Positions 1-9,040 of a stretch of DNA of 64,000 nucleotides are shown here, piece by piece (the stretch's first letter is position 1; each line of letters starts with the position of its first letter). A program made the translations under genes and the position numbers. A model generated the notes under the pieces. That model was not told the origin of the DNA, did no database searches, and saw only the letters and a program-made list of their open reading frames with translations. The stretch comes from a virus, in the IMG/VR virus record IMGVR_UViG_3300013130_002194, positions 4,472 to 68,471 of that record. One strand, 5' to 3'.

Positions 1-338
1 GATATAGAAGCCTTGTTTCCCCAATTAAAAAACTTACCAGAAGAACCACCACTTACAATTGGTAAAGCTACCTCAGCCCAAGGCAATATCTTCTTTATTT
101 CTTCATTAATAGGAGTTAAAGAAGACTCAATATTGTCTCCCATAAATCGGAAGTTCTTATCTGTGTTATCTTGCTTGAAGCTATTATAAACTGTTTGGGA
201 AATATGTGGTACCCAAACTTTTACTCTGCCTCTTTTCTGTGGGTCGTTGTTCTGAACAACAATGCTGAGATAGTGACCGAAATATTGAGGTAGAGCTTTT
301 CTACTAGGACTACCTTGTAAGGCGTTGGAATATCTCAT
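1..338 (-). CDS. gp5: Baseplate hub/spike protein, gp5-like N-terminal OB-fold (partial, runs off window; not in ORF track)
   Basis: Manual translation from ATG at 338: MRYSNALQGSPSRKALPQYFGHYLSIVVQNNDPQKRGRVKVWVP...LPWAEVALP; the NNDP..RGRVKV and LPWA motifs typify gp5/VgrG OB domains. Confidence 0.8.
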   Translation of the reverse strand, partial: MRYSNALQGSPSRKALPQYFGHYLSIVVQNNDPQKRGRVKVWVPHISQTVYNSFKQDNTDKNFRFMGDNIESSLTPINEEIKKILPWAEVALPIVSGGSSGKFFNWGNKASI

Positions 339-343
339 ATTAA

Positions 344-1468
344 TTAACTTTGCTTAGGAACATTGCTATTTATAGCATCTTTAATCTTATTATAGGCCTG
401 CGCTGTTCTTGATGTAGTGTTTGTAACAACGTTACTAGCTGCATCTTTAGCAGCTGTTGCTATTGTTGAGGCTGTAGAGGTTACTTTATTAGCTGCGGTT
501 TTAGGTAAACCGGTAACTGCATTAAAGAATTCGTTTGGAGACTTAGCAGAGAAACCACTTGCAGATTTAATAATTTGGTTTTCAATATTGTTAATAACGT
601 TATCTGTAGCTGCATTTGCAACCATTTCTACTATAGGGCCACCTTTAGATAGCTTCTTTTTATTTCTTGGCGATAATGTATTGCAAATATTGTTTATATT
701 TTTATTTACTTCACTTGTTAGTTTAGCTGTATAAAAGTTAGTATTCTTTACCTCTTTTAAAATATTAAGTCTACCTGTTATTGAACCAGTTATTGAGGCT
801 TTTTTCTTATCTAGAGTGCCTAAAAGTGTTATCTCGGCACTTAAATGTTTGTTAATTTTTTTATTAATTTCAATATACCCAGCAGTACCAACACTTGAAA
901 TAACCCCGTTAATACTAATACCGTTAGTAATATTTGGAGTTATACCACCAAATGGTATATTGGGTACTGTTATATTGTTTAATAAAGAACTTGTAGCGCT
1001 TCTTAAACAATTTTTAATACCAAGCCTTAAAGTACCTTTTATTTGACCTAAACCACTTTTTACAGCTGCAGACGCAACCCCAAAGCTAGCTTTTGCAAAA
1101 CCTCCTAATGTACCGCCAGCATTACTCACGCCACCCTGTATAGTACCAACAACTCTATTTCCTAATGTATTTACTGCTATTTCTTTTATCCTGGCATTAG
1201 CAGCTCCTGATACAGCAGTTATACCGCCCTTGACTACCCCGTTAGGGTTCTTTACTAATGTTTTTACTGAACCAACTAACCCTCTCACATTTGCGTTTAT
1301 TTGAGGCAAAGGTGGCACAGCTATGTTTAATCCAGTCTTGGCATTAAGTTCATTGGTTAAAGATTTAGGGACAGCAGCCACCTTTCCTATTTTTGACTCA
1401 ACATCAGCTATAGTCTTAGTAATATTCTTACTAAAATTTACAGGGTTAAACTTTTCAAATGCAGCCAT
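344..1468 (-). CDS. Hypothetical late protein, K/N/G/A/T-rich, possibly baseplate-associated
   Basis: 374 aa ORF directly upstream of the gp5-like gene, preceded by a TAAATA late motif. Confidence 0.6.
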   Translation of the reverse strand: MAAFEKFNPVNFSKNITKTIADVESKIGKVAAVPKSLTNELNAKTGLNIAVPPLPQINANVRGLVGSVKTLVKNPNGVVKGGITAVSGAANARIKEIAVNTLGNRVVGTIQGGVSNAGGTLGGFAKASFGVASAAVKSGLGQIKGTLRLGIKNCLRSATSSLLNNITVPNIPFGGITPNITNGISINGVISSVGTAGYIEINKKINKHLSAEITLLGTLDKKKASITGSITGRLNILKEVKNTNFYTAKLTSEVNKNINNICNTLSPRNKKKLSKGGPIVEMVANAATDNVINNIENQIIKSASGFSAKSPNEFFNAVTGLPKTAANKVTSTASTIATAAKDAASNVVTNTTSRTAQAYNKIKDAINSNVPKQS

Positions 1469-1481
1469 TTAAATTATTTAT

Positions 1482-1509
1482 TTGATTTATTGAGTTTTGA
1501 CACTATAAT
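1482..1509 (+). promoter_or_regulatory. sigma70-like promoter TTGATT-N16-TATAAT, 7 nt upstream of ATG 1517 (leaderless)
   Basis: Direct reading of 1482-1487 and 1504-1509. Confidence 0.65.
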
Positions 1510-1516
1510 GACAGAG

Positions 1517-2347
1517 ATGAATATTAAAGTATCTCATGAAGTTCCTATTAAGCTCCTTGATTATTCTCGAAACTTTAACGATTACGACTACTGTCTGGTA
1601 CACCTTTTGGATCAGAAACCGGAATATAAGAAGTATTATAAGTCTTGTAAACTCTATGACCGAGAACTGCTCTTGGATAATAGTATTTTCGAGCTTGGTA
1701 AGGCTTTCGATTCTGATAAGTTTGCTGAAAAGGTTGTAGAAATTGAACCTACTTATTACATTATCCCTGACTCTTTGCAGAACTGTGAAGAGACTATCAG
1801 TAATTGGAAGAGCTTCGTTGGTAAGTATAATGACTTGCCTGGTCTCAAGATTGGTGTTGTTCAAGGCAACACCTGGCGAGAACTTAAGTACTGTTATCAG
1901 TTTATGAACGAACATGCTGATTACATTGCTATCTCTTTCGATTATGGTTATTATCTTATCACTGGTGAGTCTCCAACTAATAATAAGCTCGAGCTCTGGT
2001 GCTCTGGCCGTCAACGACTCATTCAGCAACTAATGGATAGTGGCATCTGGAATACAAAGAAGCCTCATCACTTGCTCGGTTGTTCGTTGGCTAGGGAGTT
2101 TAAGGCCTATTTTGGTCAGACTTCTATTCGCTCTGTCGATACTTCTAACCCGATTGTTGCTGCTTTGCATGGTCTCAAGTATAATGGAGATCTTGGTTTG
2201 AAGACTAAGCCTAGTACCAAGCTGGCTGATCTTATTGATTCAAACGTTAATGATGAGCAATGGGATCTAGTTGATTATAACACTAGCGCCTTTAAAGAGA
2301 TTCTTAGCCACCCTTCTGAGGCCTTTATCAAAGGATACTATCGATGA
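1517..2347 (+). CDS. dpdA: DpdA/TGT-like 7-deazaguanine DNA transglycosylase
   Basis: TIM-barrel TGT-like motifs LLDNSIFE, IIPD, GVVQG, HLLG, SVDTS; first gene of an operon with formyltransferase and queF; start moved from TTG 1490 to ATG 1517 on promoter position. Confidence 0.7.
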   Translation: MNIKVSHEVPIKLLDYSRNFNDYDYCLVHLLDQKPEYKKYYKSCKLYDRELLLDNSIFELGKAFDSDKFAEKVVEIEPTYYIIPDSLQNCEETISNWKSFVGKYNDLPGLKIGVVQGNTWRELKYCYQFMNEHADYIAISFDYGYYLITGESPTNNKLELWCSGRQRLIQQLMDSGIWNTKKPHHLLGCSLAREFKAYFGQTSIRSVDTSNPIVAALHGLKYNGDLGLKTKPSTKLADLIDSNVNDEQWDLVDYNTSAFKEILSHPSEAFIKGYYR

Positions 2348-3318
2348 AATGGATTGCTTTCTTTTCTAAGACTGGTTCAGAGTTGATTGAAATTATGAAT
2401 CACTTCAATCGCTGGCCTGATCTCATAGTTTCAAACCGACCTCATCTTGATGGTTGCCATGAACAATTTAAGAGCTTAATTCAATCCTTTCCAGATAAGG
2501 TTCGTCACATTAGTTCCAGCCCTACTGTTGAAGAGTATAAAAGAGCAATTGAATCTACTGGAACAGAAGACGTAATTATTACTCTTCACGGGTATATGCG
2601 AATTCTACCCAAAGAGATTTGTGATACTTATGACATTTATAACGGGCACCCTGGTTTGATTACTAAGTATCCTGAGCTTAAAGGTAAAGACCCTCAACGC
2701 AAGGCCTGGCTTAATGGATATGCAGAATCTGGATGTGTTATTCACAAAGTAACCTCAGAGCTTGATGGTGGTCCTGTAATGGCTCAAGTTGCAGTTGATA
2801 TTAAGGACCTTAGCTTTGATAATGTTATTAGCGAGTTGCATAAGGCTTCCGTTAAACTGTGGATTGAGTTTATGAAAAAACAATGGATTCGGAGAGAATA
2901 TAGAGAATTGACTACACCTAAAACTGTGCTTGAAGCAAATATGGCTGCAAATATACCAACAGATTATAGAGAGCTAGTGCCAGATTACTCAGTAGAATAT
3001 TGTCAAGAACATTATCCAGAGACTCTTAAAGAGCTTCGACGTCTGCAAGAAGAAGAGTTCTTGCTCTTTTGTAAGAAGCAATTTGATTACGGCCCTGGTA
3101 ATATTTCTGTTGGTCAAGATACTGCTGCTGCAGATGGAAAGAGAGTTTCTCTTTGCTCTATCATCTTTAGATGCAACGACAAGGTTCAACGATTGCTAAA
3201 TCTTGTGGTCAAAAATAGTAAATGTGCTCAGAACGAACCTGTTATGGATGCCTTCTCAGATCTTTCTCTTTACGGAAAGATTGCGAAAATAGTTGATAAA
3301 GGTGTCTGGGGCAAGTAA
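2344..3318 (+). CDS. PurN-like formyltransferase (DpdN-like) fused to a C-terminal Nmad1/DUF1599 domain
   Basis: FFSKTGS, LHGYMRILP, YNGHPGL..YP..KG, GCVIHKVT..LDGGP are GAR-transformylase motifs; C-terminal KKQFDYG..NI...R..DK..RL...DL..Y matches DUF1599. Confidence 0.75.
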   Translation: MKWIAFFSKTGSELIEIMNHFNRWPDLIVSNRPHLDGCHEQFKSLIQSFPDKVRHISSSPTVEEYKRAIESTGTEDVIITLHGYMRILPKEICDTYDIYNGHPGLITKYPELKGKDPQRKAWLNGYAESGCVIHKVTSELDGGPVMAQVAVDIKDLSFDNVISELHKASVKLWIEFMKKQWIRREYRELTTPKTVLEANMAANIPTDYRELVPDYSVEYCQEHYPETLKELRRLQEEEFLLFCKKQFDYGPGNISVGQDTAAADGKRVSLCSIIFRCNDKVQRLLNLVVKNSKCAQNEPVMDAFSDLSLYGKIAKIVDKGVWGK

Positions 3319-3327
3319 AATCAAGGC

Positions 3328-4020
3328 ATGAGAAAGCTATTTACGTTTACCGGTGCACAAAGTACCGGTAAGACTACATTGCTTAAGAAGGTTAAGACCT
3401 TGTACCCTTATCGCTTTGATTATGTTGACGAGGTTACTCGCAAGATCAAGCGGTTGGGTGTTTCTATCAACAATGAAGCAACTAACTATGATTTGACTCA
3501 GTCTCTTATTATCAACGATCATTTGCTTAACTATGCAAAGGTCTTGGATAATTCTAGTGAAGAGGTTAAAGATTTGTTGTTAGATCGTTGCATTGTTGAT
3601 GGTTACATTTATACGAAGTATTTTTATAAGGAAGGTAAAGTTAGTTGCAGAGTTCTAGACTTTGCTGAGCAATGGTTTAAAAAACTTACTCCAATGTATG
3701 ATGTTATATTTTATACTAATCCTGGTGATGTGAAGTTGGTCGATGATGGTGAGCGTAGTGTTGATGCTAAGTTTAGAAATGAGATTATCGACTTGTATGA
3801 AAGAGAGTTCTTGGATAAATACGATAACATTTGTATTCTCAAAGGCTCTGTTGAAGAGCGTTTGGAGATTATGAAGATTGGAATGCTGTATAGTGCATGT
3901 AATAACTGTAATATTATGGATGCTCTAGATGCTGGCAAGCCTATTCGGAAGCAAAATAATTATTCAGAATCTGCTGGACAATTGCGTGAAGACTGCTATA
4001 ATAATCAAAATAAATTATGA
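3328..4020 (+). CDS. P-loop nucleotide kinase (AAA_28/dNMP-kinase-like)
   Basis: GAQSTGKTT Walker A, LLDRCIVD, DDGERS. Confidence 0.75.
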   Translation: MRKLFTFTGAQSTGKTTLLKKVKTLYPYRFDYVDEVTRKIKRLGVSINNEATNYDLTQSLIINDHLLNYAKVLDNSSEEVKDLLLDRCIVDGYIYTKYFYKEGKVSCRVLDFAEQWFKKLTPMYDVIFYTNPGDVKLVDDGERSVDAKFRNEIIDLYEREFLDKYDNICILKGSVEERLEIMKIGMLYSACNNCNIMDALDAGKPIRKQNNYSESAGQLREDCYNNQNKL

Positions 4021-4907
4021 GTGATATTACAAAACATCTTGGTAAGACTAGTGCCTATAAGGCTACTTACGATCCGCTTTTGCTCGTTCGTGAGCCTCGT
4101 CAACGCAATCGTACCTATCTTGGTATTAAGAATGAAGATCTTCCATTCATCGGATATGATATCTGGAATGCCTTTGAGGTATCTACTTTGCTTTCTAATG
4201 GATGTCCTGTTAGTGTAATTGCTAAGGTTACGTATAACTGTGACTCTGAATACATTGTTGAGTCTAAGTCTATTAAGCTCTACTTTAACTCCTTTAATAT
4301 GGAGAAGCGAGCTTATATCAATACTGTTGAAGACGCTATTGAGTTTATCGAAGAGACTGCTAGTCAAGATCTTTCTGACTTGCTTGAAACGAACGTTATT
4401 GTTACTTGTTTTAAGACTGGTAAGTATGTTGTTAATGACAATCTTGCTGGTTATCCTGTTCTTGAGAATGAAGTGCAGTATGGTATCGATAGTGAGTTCA
4501 CTAGTTATTCTGAGAATCCTTTGCTCTTGACTTCTAGTGAAACTACTAAGAACCCTGTTAAGCAGTACTTTAGTTCTAAGCTATTGAAGTCTAACTGTAA
4601 GGTTACTAGCCAGCCTGACTGGGGGGATGTGTATATTTATTTGAAGTCTGATAAGCTTGTTGATAAGACTTCTCTGCTTAAGTATATTGTTTCATTCCGG
4701 GATGAGTGTCACTTCCATGAAGAGATTTGTGAAGCTATTTACAAGCGACTTCAAGATGCTTATGAGCCTGAAGAGTTGTTAGTGTTTTGCTTCTATGTTC
4801 GTCGTGGTGGTATTGATATTAATCCTATTCGAGCATCGAATATTAATCTAATCGATAATGATATGATTGATCCATATTTACCGTTTATTCGAACTGGCAG
4901 ACAGTAA
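4017..4907 (+). CDS. queF: NADPH-dependent preQ0 reductase QueF (type II, bimodular)
   Basis: QueF signature ESKSIKLYFNSF, catalytic KSNCKVTSQPDWG, FHEEICE, RRGGIDINP. Confidence 0.92.
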   Translation: MSDITKHLGKTSAYKATYDPLLLVREPRQRNRTYLGIKNEDLPFIGYDIWNAFEVSTLLSNGCPVSVIAKVTYNCDSEYIVESKSIKLYFNSFNMEKRAYINTVEDAIEFIEETASQDLSDLLETNVIVTCFKTGKYVVNDNLAGYPVLENEVQYGIDSEFTSYSENPLLLTSSETTKNPVKQYFSSKLLKSNCKVTSQPDWGDVYIYLKSDKLVDKTSLLKYIVSFRDECHFHEEICEAIYKRLQDAYEPEELLVFCFYVRRGGIDINPIRASNINLIDNDMIDPYLPFIRTGRQ

Positions 4908-4930
4908 ACAATCAAGCTAACACAAAAGTA

Positions 4931-5023
4931 TTGAGACATGCTGAGTTTTGTGGTCAATGTGGAAAACCAGTAGCTAAGGGTTCTATATTTTGTAATAACT
5001 GCGGTGCAAGAGCCCTAAGATGA
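4931..5023 (+). other. Micro-ORF or gene remnant encoding a zinc ribbon (CGQCG...CNNCG)
   Basis: TTG-start frame gives MRHAEFCGQCGKPVAKGSIFCNNCGARALR*. Confidence 0.4.
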
Positions 5024-5036
5024 AATAAATAATCAT

Positions 5037-5603
5037 ATGACGTTTAAAGAATTGTGTAACCTTGTGAAGAATTCACAAGACTTTATTCATAATAAATTAT
5101 TATTAATTCCTGAACAAGAAAAAGAAATTCAAAACAACAATTTAAAAATAGAAAATGCTTCAAAGTTTGAAATAAAACAAATTCTTGATACATTTTTTAA
5201 ATGTTTTCCACAATATAATACTGAAGAAATAAAACAGTATGTATTACACACTACAAACTTTAATAAGAGTTTTGTATTAACAGATGACAAAGAGATTTAT
5301 GGCATTTATCTTTTGGGAGATCGTCAATTGCATCAAATAATTAAAGATGAAGAATTAACTCCAACAGAAAATCTGGATAATTATAAAAACAAAGTTGGAA
5401 TTGAATTAGTTGCGATAGGTATTGTTCCTGAAAAAAGAAAGTTGGGTTATGCGAGTTTATTAAAGAGTAAATCTCGCCAACCTGGATACGATTATACGTG
5501 CAATTTAGAATTTAAAGAACTGGGAAATATTGAACATTGGTTGAAAAACCAACGTATTGTTGCTCAAAACGATGAAATGTATTTAACGTTGCAAGATTTT
5601 TAA
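5037..5603 (+). CDS. GNAT-fold acetyltransferase-like protein
   Basis: IGIVPEKRKLGYASLL resembles the GNAT acetyl-CoA motif A; TAAATA upstream. Confidence 0.55.
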   Translation: MTFKELCNLVKNSQDFIHNKLLLIPEQEKEIQNNNLKIENASKFEIKQILDTFFKCFPQYNTEEIKQYVLHTTNFNKSFVLTDDKEIYGIYLLGDRQLHQIIKDEELTPTENLDNYKNKVGIELVAIGIVPEKRKLGYASLLKSKSRQPGYDYTCNLEFKELGNIEHWLKNQRIVAQNDEMYLTLQDF

Positions 5604-5616
5604 TGTATGCAACATT

Positions 5617-5650
5617 AAAAAAAGGCCGATCTTTCGATCGGCCTTTTCTT
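5617..5650. terminator. Bidirectional intrinsic terminator between the GNAT gene and the major capsid gene
   Basis: A7-GGCCGATC-TTTC-GATCGGCC-TTTT; GAAA tetraloop plus U7 on the minus strand. Confidence 0.85.
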
Positions 5651-5671
5651 AAACTACTATTGCTTCTAAGA

Positions 5672-7192
5672 TTAGAAGTATACAACAGATGTTGCTGGGG
5701 TGAAGGCAATGCCAAGACCCTTAACAACGACCAATGTATAGTACAAGTTAGCACCAAAGATGTTATCGACTACACCGTAACGTGTTAGCAAGCCAACACG
5801 AGGAGCGAAATCGTTAGGACCGATTGTGCGTTGTACCATTACAGGGATGTATGGACAATAGATGATACCAGTGTCATAGAACTCTGGTCCCTTGTAACCC
5901 AATAGAGCGTACTCAACTGTGGTACGTTGACCTGTTAGGTTCTGAGCATCGGTACGTGTATCGCGGTAAACTTGGAAACGTCCACCAACTGTACCAACCT
6001 TAGCAACACCTGTTGGCTGAGTGTTAACGTTACCGTCAACAGTCATCCAACTGAACTCAGGAAGAGCTTCTAGGATAGCGCAAACTCTTGGGGTTGCGAT
6101 GATGAAGTTAGCAGCACCACGGCGGTTACGTACTGCAATTCTGTTTGCTTCTACGATCAACTTCTGATAGAAGTCGCGATTACGCTCAGCCAACCAGCGA
6201 CCGTCAGCAGCAGAAGCTGTCCAGCTTGTTACGGAACCGTAAGAAGCATACTTCAAGCAGACTTGAATCATTCTAATGACCATTTCACGGTCGATTTCAG
6301 CCTGGAGCTCATAGCTCATGGCGTTTGTCAACTCAGCATCGATATCGATACCGTTCATGTTCTTCAAGTCCTGCTCCAACTCAACGGACCAACGAGCAGC
6401 TAGTCTACGGGTACCAGCTTCAACGGCTGTCTTCTCGAAAGAGATAGAAGCTGTTGGGATCTGGGAAGTGAACTCATAGTTGGCTAGCAACTGAGCAACA
6501 CCTTGGTCAGATTGGATGATCTCGAAGTTGGCGTTATTCTGATACTGAGCCAAGTCAGCAGAAGAAGCACCAGTGAAACGTGTATCTAGATACTCGTAAC
6601 CAAGTTCACCAGAATAGGTGTGACCGAATGTACCTGGGTTCTCAGTTCCAGCTGCCTGGATCTGCCATGGATATGGAGGAGGGTTGCCGTAAGCAGCATC
6701 ATTGTACTTACCTGGGATCTGGCTACCTAGTACGTCATTGTCGTACTTGTAACGTAGAGCGAAAGCAAGACCGACTGGACCGCTCATTGGCTGAACACCA
6801 ACGATTTCGTTAGTGATCAACTCAGGGAAGGTACGACGGATCATCGGAATGAGGATCTTTGGCAAACGAGCATCACCGGTTGCATACCAGTCAGCATTTG
6901 CATCTCCTGTAGAGTTGTTTACGGCAGCACCGAAACCACCCATACCACCGTTGGCTCCGTACGCATTACCGAATACGGATGCAGTAGAACCGGAAACGTT
7001 AGCCTGACCAGATTCCTCAATGCACCATCTTTCTTGGTTCTCAAGAAGGATGGCAGTGTTAAGACGTGTGTGATCGTCTTCGATTGTTCTTACGTTCTTG
7101 CTGTTAAAGTCAAGAACAGGTGACCACTTCTCAAGAAGAGCGCCAGCTCTATCAGGAGAAATATATGACTGTGAAGGTCTGATATTTTTCAT
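5672..7192 (-). CDS. gp23: Major capsid protein
   Basis: LLEKWSPVL, IVGVQPMSGPVGLAFALR, ELEQDLK..GID..EL, YCPYIP, TRYG: T4 gp23 family. Confidence 0.97.
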   Translation of the reverse strand: MKNIRPSQSYISPDRAGALLEKWSPVLDFNSKNVRTIEDDHTRLNTAILLENQERWCIEESGQANVSGSTASVFGNAYGANGGMGGFGAAVNNSTGDANADWYATGDARLPKILIPMIRRTFPELITNEIVGVQPMSGPVGLAFALRYKYDNDVLGSQIPGKYNDAAYGNPPPYPWQIQAAGTENPGTFGHTYSGELGYEYLDTRFTGASSADLAQYQNNANFEIIQSDQGVAQLLANYEFTSQIPTASISFEKTAVEAGTRRLAARWSVELEQDLKNMNGIDIDAELTNAMSYELQAEIDREMVIRMIQVCLKYASYGSVTSWTASAADGRWLAERNRDFYQKLIVEANRIAVRNRRGAANFIIATPRVCAILEALPEFSWMTVDGNVNTQPTGVAKVGTVGGRFQVYRDTRTDAQNLTGQRTTVEYALLGYKGPEFYDTGIIYCPYIPVMVQRTIGPNDFAPRVGLLTRYGVVDNIFGANLYYTLVVVKGLGIAFTPATSVVYF

Positions 7193-7262
7193 ATGTTTAT
7201 TTTGTTTTAGACATTATATGATGTCAAATCATAATCAGGCTTATGCCTCAATGGAAATTTAT

Positions 7263-8168
7263 TTAGTGTCTTGAAAGCTCCTGCATGTACAACTTCAATG
7301 GAGGGTGATCAGAATTTTCTAATGTACCTTCCTCGATTACCTGTTCGTTGCTTTCAACTACAGGGCGATCAAGATTTCTAGAAACAGACTGGGATACAGC
7401 TTGCTCAGTTAGAGTTTCGATGTTCTTAGCTTCTTGCTTTTCAAACATCTTACATGTATAGTCATAGTTTTCTTTGATGAACTCAGCAGACTTACCCTTA
7501 AATACCTTGGCTAAATAGGCTTTCTTATTATCAGGTAGACCAGCTGTTTTTTGTTCAAAAATTAAATTAGAGACCGCTCTATTGTAAGATTCATTGAGCT
7601 GCTTGTTCTCAGCCTTTAGAGCCTCAATGATCTTGGAGCTTTCATCAATCTTTTGCTTGCCATCCAATACAGCCTCGCGGATTGTCTCTTTACCAAGTAC
7701 TAGATCAACAGAAAGCATGCTGCGTAGCTCGTTGAGAACCTGAGCAGAGCGTCTGTTTTGAACAGCCTCTTCAATGGCTGTCTTTGGAAGATTTTCGTCA
7801 AGATAGGCCTCGAGATAGTTGGAAATTGATTCAACAAGAGATTGTTTGAATGAGGCAGCGTCTTCGTTGAGGGCCTTTTCGTACTTGCGTACTACAGTCT
7901 TTAGCTTACCAGCATGGTTCTCGTTGATTGCTTCAACAACCTTCAAAAGCTTATCGGAGTGGTTACGGTCAATAGCCTCAACGAGCTTCTCTACCTTGGC
8001 AGAGTGGTCTTCGTCGATCTGAACCAATAATCCCTCGAGTTGCAATTTTGCGCGATCTTCAGCAGCCTTGTTTACTTGCTGCTCGAATGCCTCGGAAATT
8101 TGGTTTAGTGATTCCTCACTAAGAATATCCTTGGTAACTTCCTTTAATTTTTCAATTAGAGTTGACAT
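7263..8168 (-). CDS. gp22: Prohead core scaffolding protein
   Basis: Coiled-coil E/K-rich, between protease and capsid genes, YL..YL.E motif. Confidence 0.85.
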   Translation of the reverse strand: MSTLIEKLKEVTKDILSEESLNQISEAFEQQVNKAAEDRAKLQLEGLLVQIDEDHSAKVEKLVEAIDRNHSDKLLKVVEAINENHAGKLKTVVRKYEKALNEDAASFKQSLVESISNYLEAYLDENLPKTAIEEAVQNRRSAQVLNELRSMLSVDLVLGKETIREAVLDGKQKIDESSKIIEALKAENKQLNESYNRAVSNLIFEQKTAGLPDNKKAYLAKVFKGKSAEFIKENYDYTCKMFEKQEAKNIETLTEQAVSQSVSRNLDRPVVESNEQVIEEGTLENSDHPPLKLYMQELSRH

Positions 8169-8171
8169 ATG

Positions 8172-8312
8172 TTAAAAAAGTGGTTTGTTCAAAGCAGTTT
8201 TAATACGGCTTTTAATCTTATTTTCTAAGACTTGTTGTAAATATTTATTAGCCTCTGAGTAATTTTTTACCCCAACCTGCTTAATAAATGACTTAATAAG
8301 TTGTGTATCCAT
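8172..8312 (-). CDS. Small prohead core protein (gp67-like position), 46 aa, not in ORF track
   Basis: MDTQLIKSFIKQVGVKNYSEANKYLQQVLENKIKSRIKTALNKPLF*, preceded by TAAATA; fills the gap between gp21 and gp22. Confidence 0.6.
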   Translation of the reverse strand: MDTQLIKSFIKQVGVKNYSEANKYLQQVLENKIKSRIKTALNKPLF

Positions 8313-8316
8313 ATAA

Positions 8317-8991
8317 TTATTTAAGCTTATTGATAAAAATTAATACCTGCTCAAGTAAAAATTTATCTACCTCTTTGCGAGGCAAATTACCAATAGACTT
8401 TTCAAACTTATTATAAGCCTCTTCTAGCTCACCAGAATCACTTATAACCCATTGCTTGGATTCTAGAATACCGTTAACAAATGCCTTTGGACAAGAAGGG
8501 TCAGCTACAACATCAATAGCAACTAACTTCATGTTCTTTACTCTATTTACATCTTCTTTAATAGAGTCAGGTTCTAATTGACCTAAACATCTAGTAGATA
8601 CACCAGGTGTAACTCCATCATCAATAAGATTCTGTACAATCTTACCCATTGGTGTACTTAAAACAAGAGACTTACCAACAAAATAATTACCTTCTTGTCT
8701 TAAATTTTGAACACTGTGACAGGCTCTTGAAAGATCGATATCAACAGTAGTTGGGTGATTCAATTCACCTAATGCTCTACCTGACTTAATCATTTCATCA
8801 GAATATCTCTTTACTTCAGAGACCATTTCCATTAAATCATAAAGACGTCTATTCTTATTGACTTCATTAGCCATCATGAAAGGCCCTTCAATGTACATTC
8901 TAGGACCTTTCCCGTCACGCAGATTCTTTTCTTCTTTTATATATGTGAAGCTGCCAAAGTCAGGAGTTTCAACTAAAAGTCTATGTGACAT
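8317..8991 (-). CDS. gp21: Prohead protease
   Basis: IEGPFM..NKNRRLY, ALGELNHP, TPMGKIV, GVSTRCLG, DVVADPS. Confidence 0.95.
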   Translation of the reverse strand: MSHRLLVETPDFGSFTYIKEEKNLRDGKGPRMYIEGPFMMANEVNKNRRLYDLMEMVSEVKRYSDEMIKSGRALGELNHPTTVDIDLSRACHSVQNLRQEGNYFVGKSLVLSTPMGKIVQNLIDDGVTPGVSTRCLGQLEPDSIKEDVNRVKNMKLVAIDVVADPSCPKAFVNGILESKQWVISDSGELEEAYNKFEKSIGNLPRKEVDKFLLEQVLIFINKLK

Positions 8992-9040
8992 ATAATTATA
9001 AAATTATTTATAGTAAATGTTAGAATTTTTTAGGATTTTT

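Noticed and set aside
1487-2029. Long antisense ORFs (also 37896..38549, 48875..49447 and many short ones)
   Set aside because: Shadows of well-supported genes caused by codon bias; no motifs or start signals
5603-5788. 61-aa plus-strand ORF after the GNAT gene
   Set aside because: It runs through the terminator and antisense into gp23; likely spurious
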